Shown: positions 25,370 to 37,944, counted from the first letter of the whole stretch. The stretch: 63,898 nt of DNA, filler included, from Lama guanicoe (GCA_013239625.1; 77 parts of 77 records of this genome joined end to end with filler, not necessarily neighbours in it); one strand, 5' to 3'. Notes: generated by a model not told the origin, from the letters alone. Numbers and translations: made by a program.

Positions 25370-25505
25370 CTACTCAGACTGTGAGCTCCAGGAGAGCAGG
25401 CCATTGGCTGTTCACTGCTGTGTCCCTACTGCATCCCTGCTGCTGAGCATGGTGGCCAACAGAGTTGGCCCTAAGAAATTGTCACTGTGTGAATGAACCA
25501 ATTCA
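25370..25505 (+). mobile_element. L2 3' end remnant
   Basis: agactgtgagctccaggagagcagg...tgttcactgctgtgtccc...tgaatgaa. Confidence 0.65.
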
Positions 25506-25615
25506 TTTATGAGGANNNNNNNNNNNNNNNNNNNNNNNNNNNNNNNNNNNNNNNNNNNNTTAATTAATTAANNNNNNNNNNNNNNNNNNNNNNNNNNNNN
25601 NNNNNNNNNNNNNNN

Positions 25616-26557
25616 TAATACTGAATATAAAATTTAGAATTTAGAATGTAGAACACCCAATATACTTTATGGAATACGGAAAGCAGGAATTTGTATTTGG
25701 AATAAAGAATGAATACCACAAAATATAGAATATATAAAAGAGAATATAGAATGCTGAATTTAGAAATGGAATGCTGAACTCAGAATTTAGAATATAGAAT
25801 ACAGAATTCTGAATATAGAATTTAGAATATAAAATGTAGAACCCAGAATGTAGACTATGGAATACAGAATACAGAATATAGAATTTAGAACATGGAATGC
25901 AGAACACAGAATNNNNNNNNNNNNNNNNNNNNNNNNNNNNNNNNNNNNNNNNNNNNNNNAGAATTTAGAGAATGCAGAACACAGAATTAAGATTATTGAA
26001 TACAGAATACTGAATATAGAACTTAGAATATGCAATGTAGAACACAGAATATAGAATATAGAATACGGAATGCAGAATATAGTACACAGAATATACAATG
26101 TAGAACCAAGTGTATAGAATATGGATAACAAAATACAGAACCCAGAATATAGAACATGGATTGCAGAAACAGAATTTAGAATATAGAATAGAGAATACTG
26201 AATATACAATTAAGAACATCGAATGCAGAACTCAGAATTTCGAATTCAGAATACAGAATACTGAATATAGAATATTGAACATGGAATGCAGAACACAGAA
26301 TATAGAATATAGAATACAGGATATAGGATTAAGAATATAGAATGTAGGACACAGAATATAGAATATAGAATACGGAATGCAGAAAATAGAATGTTGAATA
26401 TAGAATGAAGAACACCAAATATAGAATATATAAAAGAGAACATAGAACCTAGAATAAAGAAATTGAATGCAGAACACAGGATTAAGTATATTAAATACAG
26501 AATACTGGAAATATAATTTACAAAAGGGAATGTAGTACACAGAATATAGAATATAGA
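25616..26557 (+). repeat. Heptamer satellite, family C
   Basis: AGAATAT-variant units on both sides of an internal gap. Confidence 0.97.
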
Positions 26558-26657
26558 NNNNNNNNNNNNNNNNNNNNNNNNNNNNNNNNNNNNNNNNNNN
26601 NTTAATTAATTAANNNNNNNNNNNNNNNNNNNNNNNNNNNNNNNNNNNNNNNNNNNN

Positions 26658-27142
26658 GAGAGGTTTACAAGTTCAAGAATAGCCAGAGTAGAAAATAGGA
26701 CAGGAAATCCAGATATGGACTCTCATACCAATAATAAATTAATATAAGAAGTGGAAGGCATTACAAATATGGAGACAAATAAAGGTTATTCAGTAAATGG
26801 AACACGTTAGCTACTTGGGGGGAAAAGAAAAGATTGAAATCATACAGTGAACCATATATTGTGATAAATTCCAGAAACATTTAAAAAAGTAACACAATTA
26901 GAAAAAAACTAGAAATAAATATGGATGAATACACAACCTCTAGATGAGCAGTAAGTTTCAGAGGAAAATATATACAGATTTCTATGCATCAGAAGCATCC
27001 TAATTTTAAAAAAACACCAGAAGATGTTATTTGTTTACAAATCCGACAAGGGACTAATTCCATCAATACATAGAGAGTTCAGATCACTTCAAAGGTAACA
27101 TCCAAAAATCTCAGGAGCGTAGAAGGCAGAAAAGATGAACAC
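26658..27142 (+). mobile_element. Highly degraded L1M ORF2 3' region
   Basis: ttattcagtaaatgg...gataaattccaga...ctagaaataaatatgg...gacaagggactaattcc. Confidence 0.6.
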
Positions 27143-27725
27143 NNNNNNNNNNNNNNNNNNNNNNNNNNNNNNNNNNNNNNNNNNNNNTAATTCAGTCATT
27201 TCACATCAGAATGAAATAATTTTCCACCTCTCAACTGACACAGCTCTGTTTATGAGGATGAAGTGCTAGTGATCACCAATCCCAAGCCTACGTTACTGGA
27301 CACTTTCCTTGAAGTATGGTTGATTTACAATGCTGTGTTAATTTCTGGTGTACTCTTCNNNNNNNNNNNNNNNNNNNNNNNNNNNNNNNNNNNNNNNNNN
27401 NNTTAATTAATTAANNNNNNNNNNNNNNNNNNNNNNNNNNNNNNNNNNNNNNNNNNNNGTAAATAAGAGTAAAAACATAAAATCCATCATACATATAAGT
27501 ACTTTTAGTTTAAAATATAAGTAACTTTATGAACTATAAATGGATGCATTTTTGCGTTGGTCCATGACAAACAGGACATTACGTACATTCATTACAAAGA
27601 AGTGCTGTCATGGGTGGGGATGTGGTGACAAGAGCAGGGTCATTTTTAGCAGGGAAGGAGGTCCTACAGCTCTCAGTACAGGGTGGGTAAGTTCACAGTG
27701 CTTCTCCCCACGACCAAACTCTCAC

Positions 27726-27751
27726 CACACACACACACACACACACACACA
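27726..27751. repeat. (CA)n microsatellite
   Basis: About 13 CA units. Confidence 0.95.
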
Positions 27752-28404
27752 AGCAAATGCACATAGATCCTAAAATGACCATCTACCTTCTGATCAGAAA
27801 AAAGATAAAGATATGTGCTCACACCACCTAACAACACACTGACCACACACACAGTTCCCATAACTTCTTAATACTTCAGTTCTATGAGCCTCTGAAGTTC
27901 CCCTCACTTGCGCTCACCATCATCTAACAAAGAAATCATAAACAATACTTCAAGTTTGATTCATTACGGTTCCTCTAAGAACTTATATTATAAACTTATA
28001 TTATTGCAAGTCTCAGAAGAATATAACATTCAATTTCAGATGGAGTTTTTGGCTCAGAAGTTTTCATGGTTAAAAGCTTCCACTGACTACACAAAATTAT
28101 TGGCTCTACTTTTCTCATTCCGTGCTTTCTGTCCCAACTAAAATTTCCCTATACATCTCGCTATTTTGGATTTCAGTCTGTGGTCTGATAGTGCATTTTG
28201 TAGATAGTTTGATTGTTCCTATAGATTGCTATCNNNNNNNNNNNNNNNNNNNNNNNNNNNNNNNNNNNNNNNNNNNNTTAATTAATTAANNNNNNNNNNN
28301 NNNNNNNNNNNNNNNNNNNNNNNNNNNNNNNNNCAGGGTGAGAACAAAATAAAGCCGCCCCAACAACAGGCACTCACAGAGATAGCGCCCAGCATTCTTC
28401 TGCA

Positions 28405-28665
28405 CACTCACGGTTATGCAGCCCTCACCACAATCTATTTCCAGAATGCTCCATCATCCCAAAAGAAACCCCCTGTCCACTAGTTGTCACTCCCCATCCC
28501 CCCTCCACCCAGCCCCTTGCAACCATCACCTGCTCTCTGCCTCTGCATGTGCCTATTCTGGGCATTTCAGATCACTGAAGTCAACAATATGTGGCCGTTT
28601 GTGTCTGGTTCCTTTCACTTAACGTGCTGTTATCAAGGCTTGTCCATGTTGAAGTGGTATCTGCA
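28405..28665 (-). mobile_element. L1MB-like 3' fragment
   Basis: caccacaatctatttccagaatgctccatcatcccaaaagaaacccc...tgcctattctgggcatttca...tttgtgtctggttcctttcacttaac. Confidence 0.85.
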
Positions 28666-28695
28666 CCTTTTTCTTTTTCTTTTTTTTTTTTTTTA

Positions 28696-28803
28696 AAAAT
28701 AAGGTTTATGGTGGTAAGTACTATCAAAAAGAGTAGAGTGGAGCATAAGGAGTGGAGATTCAAAAAGAAAAGTGCAGGTTGAGCAGTCAGGGTGGATTTC
28801 CAA
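28696..28803 (+). repeat. Low-copy duplicated sequence, paralog of 43858-43958
   Basis: tttatggtggtaa.tactatcaaaaagagtagagtgga...taaggagtgg...ggttgagcagtca occurs in both fragments. Confidence 0.85.
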
Positions 28804-28929
28804 GAGCAGGTGGCCNNNNNNNNNNNNNNNNNNNNNNNNNNNNNNNNNNNNNNNNNNNNTTAATTAATTAANNNNNNNNNNNNNNNNNNNNNNNNNNNNN
28901 NNNNNNNNNNNNNNNTTTTATCCTGGTGG

Positions 28930-29106
28930 TGAGGGGAGCTCAGCTTGCACAGCTTCACCAGACAATATCTCATGCCATGTTACTAGCCTGGAAAAGATGA
29001 AAATTCAATATTCCAAGCATGGCTTCTACAGAATGCATGTGGCTTTCTCACCACTGTACCGTCAAAACTACTAAGTTGAATCATCATAATTTGGAGACAG
29101 TCTGTA
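28930..29106 (+). mobile_element. TcMar-Tigger DNA transposon end (MER47B/Tigger5-like)
   Basis: ctagcctggaaaagatgaaaattcaa...ttctacagaatgc...gctttctcacca...taagttgaatcatcataa...gacagtctg followed by TA. Confidence 0.7.
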
Positions 29107-29114
29107 GTGACTAA

Positions 29115-29640
29115 AAGAACAGACGGTTGATACGTGCAATAAACTAGATGTACCTCAAGGGTGTTAATCTGAGTGGAAAAAAAAGTCAACCCCCAAATGG
29201 TGCAGGGTGTGTGATTACACTTACTGGCTTATTATGGTCCCACACATGATGTACGATGTTACTTATACCACATTCTCAAAAGGACAAAATATAAAGATGC
29301 AAAAAAGATCAGTTGCCGGGGAGCGTGTGCAAAGTGAATTTCTTTAGGGTGATGAAACAGTTCTGTATCTTGATTTTAGTGGTAGTAATTAGAACCTATA
29401 CATGTGATAAAATTTCATAGCACTATGCATCAAAAAAGTGCATGTAAAAATGAGTGATTCAGAGTAAGGCCTGTATATTAACAATATCTTATCCATATCA
29501 ATTTCCTGGTTTTGATCAATGTACTACGGTTATGTAAATTATTATCATTGGAGAAAGTTGTGTGAAATGCAGAGAGAACTCCACAATACATTGGCAACTT
29601 CTATGTGAGCCTAAAATAAAACTATTTCAAAATAAAAGTC
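29115..29640 (+). mobile_element. L1MC/MD-like 3' end
   Basis: ggtgatgaaacagttctgtatcttgatt...atacatgtgataaaatt...tatcaatttcctggttttgat...gcaacttctatgtga...tatttcaaaataaaagt. Confidence 0.85.
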
Positions 29641-30632
29641 AGCATGTGAGGCAACCGTCAGATCGCTGGTGGCAGTGTAAACCGGGCAACAACTCTGGTG
29701 GTTTCTCACAGAGTTAAACATACGTCTACCACAACCCAATGACTCCACTTCTAGGCATTGATGGAGGGGAATGAAAATATGTCCCCAAAAGACTCGTAAA
29801 GAATATTGATAATGGGGTAGAGTATACATCTGATTAAAGTACTCTTCATTGGACTGAAATATAGAAAATTAAAGTAGGATACAGTACCTAGACTGGAATG
29901 CTTGTTCNNNNNNNNNNNNNNNNNNNNNNNNNNNNNNNNNNNNNNNNNNNNTTAATTAATTAANNNNNNNNNNNNNNNNNNNNNNNNNNNNNNNNNNNNN
30001 NNNNNNNAAAAAATTTAATCTTTGCAAACTACTGAGATTTTGGGGCTGTTTGTTATTGTATCATATATATGTTAGCTTAAGCTGACTGACTCAGGGAATG
30101 AGGTAAAATATGTCTAAAACTGAACTCCTCTATGTTCTCTGAAAATCTTTTATACTTACAGTCTGGCTTGTGTCAGTTTATGTTAATGCAGAGTCTGTCT
30201 CTTGGCCAAAAACCTCTACGTGATCTTTCAGGCCCCGCTACAGACAGTTACCGAAGTTTCACCTGGCAGGACTTGGGGGACCTCCCCACGACAGACGTGG
30301 AGCACAGCCTGTGCATTGCAGTCTCCAAAAGGGAGTTGCAATCAAGGACTCAGCCTTCCCTGGTGGCCTACAGTCTTACACTTCCTCCTAGCCCAGGTGC
30401 CTCCCTTCTCAGCGCCCTCAGCCATGGCCTTCCCTGGTGTCTCTATCAAGGCCTCTTTATTGAGGGGAGTGGGGGGAACTTAAAGATACTTTCCCCCACT
30501 CGGACTCAGTATTTAACACTTTTTCATTCCTANNNNNNNNNNNNNNNNNNNNNNNNNNNNNNNNNNNNNNNNNNNNTTAATTAATTAANNNNNNNNNNNN
30601 NNNNNNNNNNNNNNNNNNNNNNNNNNNNNNNN

Positions 30633-31146
30633 AGAAAAGGAAACAAATAGCAGTGGAAAAGACTGTACAAGTTGTCGAAGAGCTTCCTCCAAACAAGATG
30701 TCAGGGCAAATCTCTTCTTTGTCAGACTTTGCTCAGAATCAGTATTCCACAGACTATAAAACCTCTAACTGACCGGGCAGCATAAGGAAGCGGAAACGCA
30801 CCCTCATGTTGAAGCGTTGTCTTGTGGTGCCTCTGGGCCCTAATCCAGTGGCCAGTATGGGCGAGAGTGTGCAGATCAGGTAAATAAAATGTGGACCAGA
30901 AAAGGAAACAAATAGCAGTGGAAAAGACTGTACAAGTTGTCGAAGAGCTTCCTCCAAACAAGATGTCAGGGCAAATCTCTTCTTTGTCAGACTTTGCTCA
31001 GAATCAGTATTCCACAGACTATAAAACCTCTAACTGACCGGGCAGCATAAGGAAGCAGAAACGCACCCTCATGTTTGAAGCGTTGTCTTGTGGTGCCTCT
31101 GGGCCCTAAGCCATTGGCCAGAATGGGCGAGAGTGTGCAGATCAGG
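30633..31146. repeat. Near-perfect 265-bp tandem doublet
   Basis: agaaaaggaaacaaatagcagtgg at 30633 and 30898; only ~6 differences over ~248 bp. Confidence 0.95.
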
Positions 31147-31191
31147 AAAATCTAATGAGCTGGATGAACTTCAAGGCCTTTTTTGAAAACA

Positions 31192-31318
31192 TTTTTTTAG
31201 GGGAAGAGGTAACTAGGTTTATTTATTGACTTACTTTTTTAAGTGGAGTTACTGGGAATTGAACCCAGGACTTTGTGCATGCTGGGCAGGAGCTCTGCCT
31301 CTGAGCTCTCTCCTCCCT
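31192..31318 (-). mobile_element. Vic-1-type camelid SINE
   Basis: gaggtaactaggtttatttatt...tactgggaattgaacccaggactttgtgcatgctgggcaggagctctgcctctgagct is antisense of the element at 9011. Confidence 0.85.
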
Positions 31319-31595
31319 CTAGATGAGCCTCAATGCAAACAGCAGTGCTTGTAAAGAAAACTCCAATTTACTTTGAAAGGATTTTCTGTGGATCCCAAGG
31401 AGTTGTTTTTTTTTTTATCATAGTATACTTGATGAAAACAGTATTATTTTCCAGTGTACAACACAGTGATGCAGTATTTTTATAGAATATACTCTANNNN
31501 NNNNNNNNNNNNNNNNNNNNNNNNNNNNNNNNNNNNNNNNTTAATTAATTAANNNNNNNNNNNNNNNNNNNNNNNNNNNNNNNNNNNNNNNNNNN

Positions 31596-32010
31596 NTGTA
31601 CATCAAACTCAAAACCTTCTGCAAAGCAAAGAATACTATTAAAAAAGTAAAAAGCAAATCTACAGAATGGAAGAAGACAGTTGTAAGCCACATATCAGAA
31701 AAACGGTTAATAACCAGAATATATAAAAACTCCTACAACTTAACAACAACAACAACAACAACAACAACAAAACCAATTCAATTAAAAAATGGGCAGAGGA
31801 CTTGAATACACATTTCTCCAAAGATATAAAAATGGCCAACAAGCATATGAAAAGATGCTCAACATTACTAATCATCAGGGGATATCACAAAAAATAAATA
31901 CTGAAGGGTATGTGGAGAAATTGGAACCCTTGTGCACTATGGGTAGGAATTTTAACAGTGCAGCCACTATGGAATACATTATGACGGTTTCCTCAAAAAA
32001 TTAAATTAAA
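31596..32010 (+). mobile_element. L1M ORF2 3' region, containing (AAC)n at ~31742-31770
   Basis: catcaaactcaaaaccttctgc...aaatgggcagaggacttgaatacacatttctccaaag...gaaaagatgctcaacatta. Confidence 0.9.
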
Positions 32011-32110
32011 NNNNNNNNNNNNNNNNNNNNNNNNNNNNNNNNNNNNNNNNNNNNTTAATTAATTAANNNNNNNNNNNNNNNNNNNNNNNNNNNNNNNNNN
32101 NNNNNNNNNN

Positions 32111-32667
32111 GTTATACATTGTATATTCTAAATTCTATATTCAGGTTTCTGTATTCTATGTACTAAATTATGTGTTCTGAATTCCATGTTGTATATTTTG
32201 GCTTCTATATTCTCTAATCTATATTCTATATTTTGTGTTCTTCATTCTGTATTCTAAAATCAATATTCTGCATTCCGTATTCCTTATTCTATATTCTGTG
32301 TTTTACATTCTAATTTCATCAAAATTCAATATACAGTATTCTGTGTTCTATACCCTAAATTCTTTGTTCTGCATTCCATGTTCTTAATTCAGTGCTCTAT
32401 ATTCCCTATTTTATATTCTATAGTCTGTGTTCTACAATCAATATTCGAAATTCTATATGCATTATACTGTATTCTATATTCTAAATTCTGTGTTCTGCAT
32501 TCTATATTCTAAATAATATATTCAGTACATTGTATTCTATAATCTTAATTCTGTGTTACACATTCAATTTACTAAATTCTATATTCAGAATTCTGTATTC
32601 TCTATTCCAATTTCAGTTTTCTGCATTCCATGTTCTAAATTCTGGCTTCTGTATACTGTTTTCCATA
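32111..32667 (-). repeat. Heptamer satellite, family C
   Basis: ATATTCT-variant units. Confidence 0.97.
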
Positions 32668-33059
32668 NNNNNNNNNNNNNNNNNNNNNNNNNNNNNNNNN
32701 NNNNNNNNNNNTTAATTAATTAANNNNNNNNNNNNNNNNNNNNNNNNNNNNNNNNNNNNNNNNNNNNAGATGAACGCCCCCAGAGCAGCCCCGACGGGAA
32801 AGCTCCCAGCGCTGCATGGCGAGGCCTGTTCCTGTCGTTCTCAGAGATGATCACAGTTTGCTGTCAACTGTTTTTATGTTTGTCCCTTTTGTAACTGCCT
32901 CTCCTCCTGAGTTTTTGCTCAAGCAGCACAGGGCCAGGTGTGTCTTGCGGCCTGCCGGATATTCTGGGCATGGAAACAGCCGACCCCACATCTAGCTCTG
33001 GTGCTGAACGGAGAGGGCAGAAGGCCCAGGGGTCCATGCTGAACCGAAGCCCCTGCACC

Positions 33060-33460
33060 CAAAATTATGGTCTGACTTTGGGCAAATTACACAGTCTTCT
33101 TTACCCTGAGATTCCTCATCTGTCCATGAAAATAACTGCAGCACAGAGTTACAAGGATTAAAGGAAATCACCAAATTCACAACCTAGCCAAGGGGCTACC
33201 AGTGCATCCTCAACAGACAAATGCTGCCTTTACGGCTCTGACACATGCTAAGCTGGGCGGATGGACACAGTGAACACTGCTAAGTGCCAGTGTGTTAAGT
33301 GCTTCATGTGTGATATAATACTCTTTAGAACTTACAACAACCCCAGGAAGAAATGAATATTATTGTGCCCATTTCACAGATTCACCAACAGGTTAAGAGA
33401 GGTTACACCCCAGTCCAAGTCCCTATGGTTAGGAAATGGCGATTTGAACCTGAATCTGGG
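33060..33460. mobile_element. Two MIR remnants in opposite orientations
   Basis: tgactttgggcaaattac...ttcctcatctgt and acaacaacccc...tattattgtgcccatttcacagat...gatttgaacc. Confidence 0.65.
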
Positions 33461-33970
33461 CCGAGGCCTGGGCTCAATCTCTCTCCCATCCACCTGACAA
33501 CTTGCCTATGAATTCCACCGGTCCAATACACAAGTTTGCAGCCGGCCAGCTCTTAAATGCAATGTGTGCCACCGTTTGTCAATGTNNNNNNNNNNNNNNN
33601 NNNNNNNNNNNNNNNNNNNNNNNNNNNNNNNNNNNNNNNNNNNNNNNNNNNNNNNNNNNNNNNNNNNNNNNNNNNNNNNNNNNNNNNNNNNNNNNNNNNN
33701 NNNNNNNNNNNNNNNNNNNNNNNNNNNNNNNNNNNNNNNNNNNNNNNNNNNNNNNNNNNNNNNNNNNNNNNNNNNNNNNNNNNNNNNNNNNNNNNNNNNN
33801 NNNNNNNNNNNNNNNNNNNNNNNNNNNNNNNNNNNNNNNNNNNNNNNNNNNNNNNNNNNNNNNNNNNNNNNNNNNNNNNNNNNNNNNNNNNNNNNNNNNN
33901 NNNNNNNNNNNNNNNNNNNNNNNNNNNNNNNNNNNNNNNNNNNNNNNNNNNNNNNNNNNNNNNNNNNNNN

Positions 33971-34095
33971 GACCCATATGTTCCTCCCATACATAGAAAA
34001 GCACTAAATTCTTGAGCTTGAGATACCTGGCTTTCTTTAGATAACAAGCAATCTTTTATTGTTCCCACTACCTGGCCTTTGTTGTAAAGCAAAGC
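33971..34095. mobile_element. ERV1-type LTR fragment
   Basis: cctcccatacatagaaaagcactaaattcttgagcttgagatacctgg resembles cetartiodactyl ERV1 LTRs (from recall). Confidence 0.5.
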
Positions 34096-34196
34096 TNNNN
34101 NNNNNNNNNNNNNNNNNNNNNNNNNNNNNNNNNNNNNNNNTTAATTAATTAANNNNNNNNNNNNNNNNNNNNNNNNNNNNNNNNNNNNNNNNNNNN

Positions 34197-35232
34197 GTAA
34201 ATCGGGGGGCACTCGTTGCTACTTGAACTTCAAACCCAACCCCCACTTTCCCGCACTCTCCAGCCTTGGCATGCCATCAGATAAGACAAGCTAAGGGATT
34301 CTATTAGAACCCAGGCGCTGCTGTAAAAATTTAGAACCCAGGCGCTGCTGTCATTTGGAGGAGCCTCCCCACAATCAGGATACCTGAGCACGTCTCCGTG
34401 TGTGTGCTGGAGGTGGGGAATCAGAGTCCACGCATCTTTATGGGGCACAGGTTTTCCAAGGTTTGGGAAGAAATTTCAAATCCTCCCCTGCCCTCAGAGA
34501 TGCACTCGCTAATACTTGGATTTTCAGCCCATCCCCCACCATCGCTTACTGCTAGGCCTAGGAAATCACTTAGGGAAGTCAAGCTAAGGGATTCTATTAA
34601 AACCCAGGTGCTGCTGTCAGTTGCAAGAACCTCCCCACACTCAGAACCCCAGAACTCTTCTTCCTGTGTGTTCTGGACGTGGGGAAACATAGCACACGCA
34701 TTTTTCAGGGGTCACAGTAATTCCCAAGTTGTGGGTTGTAGTTTAAACATCTCCACTACCCATGGAGAGGCACACGCTAATACTTAGTTTTANNNNNNNN
34801 NNNNNNNNNNNNNNNNNNNNNNNNNNNNNNNNNNNNNNNNNNNNNNNNNNNNNNNNNNNNNNNNNNNNNNNNNNNNNNNNNNNNNNNNNNNNNNNNNNNN
34901 NNNNNNNNNNNNNNNNNNNNNNNNNNNNNNNNNNNNNNNNNNNNNNNNNNNNNNNNNNNNNNNNNNNNNNNNNNNNNNNNNNNNNNNNNNNNNNNNNNNN
35001 NNNNNNNNNNNNNNNNNNNNNNNNNNNNNNNNNNNNNNNNNNNNNNNNNAAACCCGGCCAAGGAAAATACTCAGGGAAGTCAACCTAATGGATCCAATTA
35101 GATCCCAGGTGCTATTGTCAGTTGCAGGAGCCTCCCCACACTCAGGATACCAGAACACCACATCGTGTGTGTACTGAAAGTGTGGAAACAATGTCCTTGC
35201 AAATTTCAGAGGGCACAGGTATTCCCAAATAT
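34197..35232 (-). repeat. ~267-bp satellite, family A (reverse orientation)
   Basis: Reverse complement matches 2790-3105. aagctaagggattctatt at 34288 and 34581 (293 = 266 + a 27-bp internal duplication). Confidence 0.92.
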
Positions 35233-35332
35233 NNNNNNNNNNNNNNNNNNNNNNNNNNNNNNNNNNNNNNNNNNNNTTAATTAATTAANNNNNNNNNNNN
35301 NNNNNNNNNNNNNNNNNNNNNNNNNNNNNNNN

Positions 35333-35759
35333 GCATTGGAAGAATTAATATTGCTAAAATGGCCATACTACCCAAAGCAATATAAAGATTTACTATGAAC
35401 CCTATCAAATTACCCAGGACATTTTTCAAGAATTAGAACAGATAATCCTAAAATGTATATGAAATCACAAAAGACCCAGAATTACCAAAGCATTACTGAA
35501 GAAAAAGAATGAAGCTAGAGCAATAACCCTTTCAGACTTCAGACAATACAGAACTACAATCAAAATAGCATGTACTGATACAAAAACATATAGATCAATG
35601 GAACAGAATAGAGAGCCCAGAAGGAAACCCAAGAATATACAATAAAAACAGTCTCTTCAGCAAATGGTGTAGGGAAAACTGGACAGCTGCATGTAAACCA
35701 ATGAAATTAGAATACTCTCACACCATACACAAAAATAAATTCAAAATGGCTTGGCTTAA
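35333..35759 (+). mobile_element. LINE-1 ORF2 fragment (post-RT)
   Basis: attggaagaattaatattgctaaaatggccatactacccaaagcaa encodes IGRINIAKMAILPKAI. Confidence 0.93.
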
Positions 35760-36061
35760 NNNNNNNNNNNNNNNNNNNNNNNNNNNNNNNNNNNNNNNNN
35801 NNNTTAATTAATTAANNNNNNNNNNNNNNNNNNNNNNNNNNNNNNNNNNNNNNNNNNNNTAACAAAGATCTTAAATTACTCCACAGTAAAAAAGAATAGA
35901 TGATTGAAATTTTACACTGACCTCAGTAAAACCTTAGCAAGAGATTGCTATTTGCAAAAGGGATGAAAACTCAAGCCTTAAACAGATGATTTTTTACATG
36001 AATGGATGCTAATTTTTTTCTCTGTATAGCTTCCAAATTTTGTGATGTTTAACACACTTAC

Positions 36062-36169
36062 ATTTCTGTCTTTCAGCCAGAGGTCCTCTGCAACAAGCTG
36101 ATAGCCCACAGGATATCTCCTTAAAATCTATGTGGCTGTCATGATTTTCACCAAAAGCATTAAATAAAC
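36062..36169 (-). CDS. USP32: USP32 EF-hand exon (probably a duplicated or decaying copy)
   Basis: Acceptor ctattttacAG, donor GTAAGT, 108 bp, phase 1-1. Encodes GLFNAFGENHDSHIDFKEISCGLSACCRGPLAERQK versus recalled human GLFNAFDENRDNHIDFKEISCGLSACCRGPLAERQK. Confidence 0.9.
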
Positions 36170-36560
36170 CTGTAAAATAGGAATACAGACAGAATAAATC
36201 ACTGCCAACCAACTTCCTGTTAATAATGACATGCCTATGAAAGGAGGCATGACTCGCATAAACTGATTTAGTTTTTAAAAGTTATCAGTAGTTTCCACTG
36301 TCTTAGGAAGTTTCCCCCCCCTCGGCATAATTATAACCAAAATTTAACTTCCTAGAAGAAAATACTATCATTTAGTGTTTGGTTTTGTCTGTATACCTGT
36401 CTCTACCTTACATTAATTCCAAAAGTCAAAAGTGATTGTAGAATGTAAAAAATAAAAATGNNNNNNNNNNNNNNNNNNNNNNNNNNNNNNNNNNNNNNNN
36501 NNNNTTAATTAATTAANNNNNNNNNNNNNNNNNNNNNNNNNNNNNNNNNNNNNNNNNNNN

Positions 36561-36997
36561 TAGAGCAAGACAAATAACAAGACAAACAATTGAAAAGATA
36601 AGAAAAATTTTACCTAAGTTTGTTTCTTTTCAACATAAAGTGGACAAAAGTTTAGGTTGGCTAAGAAAATAAAGACTCAAATAAAATTTGAAATAAAAGA
36701 GCAGATATTACCACTAAAGTTGCAGAGATGCAAAGCATCATAAGAAATTACCACTAGCCAACGAGCCAACGATTTGAATGACCTAGAACAAAAGATAGAT
36801 TCCCAGAAACATATGTCTTTCAACACTGAATCAAGAAGAAATTAGAAAGTTAAATTCTGCAAAAGTGTGTATGAGTAAATCAGTAATCCAAACCTCTCAA
36901 ACCAGAAATAATTTACAAGATGACTTTAATGGTGAATCCTGTCATACTTTAGAAGTAAATTTTTCACCAATTCTTCCCCAAAACTTTCAAGAATTTG
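36561..36997 (+). mobile_element. Degraded LINE-1 ORF2 fragment
   Basis: aagactcaaataaaa...atattaccacta...atcataagaaatta...cctagaac...ttcccagaaacatat...actgaatcaagaagaaat. Confidence 0.85.
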
Positions 36998-37097
36998 NNN
37001 NNNNNNNNNNNNNNNNNNNNNNNNNNNNNNNNNNNNNNNNNTTAATTAATTAANNNNNNNNNNNNNNNNNNNNNNNNNNNNNNNNNNNNNNNNNNNN

Positions 37098-37944
37098 CCC
37101 ACTTTCAACCACACACTGGCCTAGGCAAACCATCAGGGAATACAAGAAAAGGGATTCTATTAAAACCAAGATGCTGATTTCTGTTTGAGGAACTACCCCA
37201 CCCTCAGGATACTGGAACCCAACCTTGTGTGGTGGGGAGATTTGCAGCCCCACTCCACGCAGATGAATGGGTGCTCAGGTGTTTCCCTTTATGGAGAATT
37301 CATCTAAATACTTCCTCAGTCCATTGGGGACACTCGCTACTATTTGGCATCAAAGCCCAACCCCCAGGTTTCTCTCAGATTCAGTCCTAGGGAAACACTC
37401 AGGGATTACAACTAAGGGATTCTATTCGAAACCAGCCACTTCTGTCACCTGAGATTGCCAGCCTACATTCAGGAAAGCAGAAAACTTCTTCATGTGTGTT
37501 CTGGTGGTGGGGATACAGAGTCCATTCTTTTTTCAAGGAGCACAGGTATTCCCATGTTGTGGGCTTTTGGTTAATAACCTCCAAATCCCATGGAGAAGCA
37601 CTCGCTAATACTTGGATTTAGAGCCCAACCCACCCTTTCNNNNNNNNNNATCAGGCAACCAAACAGGGTAGACAAGTTAAGCGATTTTATAAGAACCAAG
37701 ACCCTGCTCTCAGTTGGAGGAGGCTGCCCACTCTCAGGATAACTGTGTAAGTGTTCGTGTGTGTGCTGGAGGTTTGGAAACAGACTCCACGGATCTTTAT
37801 GAGAGCCCAGGTGTTCCCAGGTTAGGGATGTATTTTAAACAACTCCAGAAACCATAGAGAGGTCATCGCAAATACTTGGTTTTGGATCCCAAACAACACT
37901 GTCCCCCGCACTTCCGCCTAGGCTTTCCATCAGGGAAGACAAGC
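37098..37944 (-). repeat. ~265-267-bp satellite, family A (about three diverged monomers)
   Basis: gggattctatt at 37151 and 37416, with a variant at 37681. Confidence 0.9.

Noticed and set aside
19702..36460. COL9A1, USP32 and RALGDS-like pieces as a gene cluster or chimeric gene
   Set aside because: They lie on separate scaffolds joined artificially, so no linkage can be inferred.
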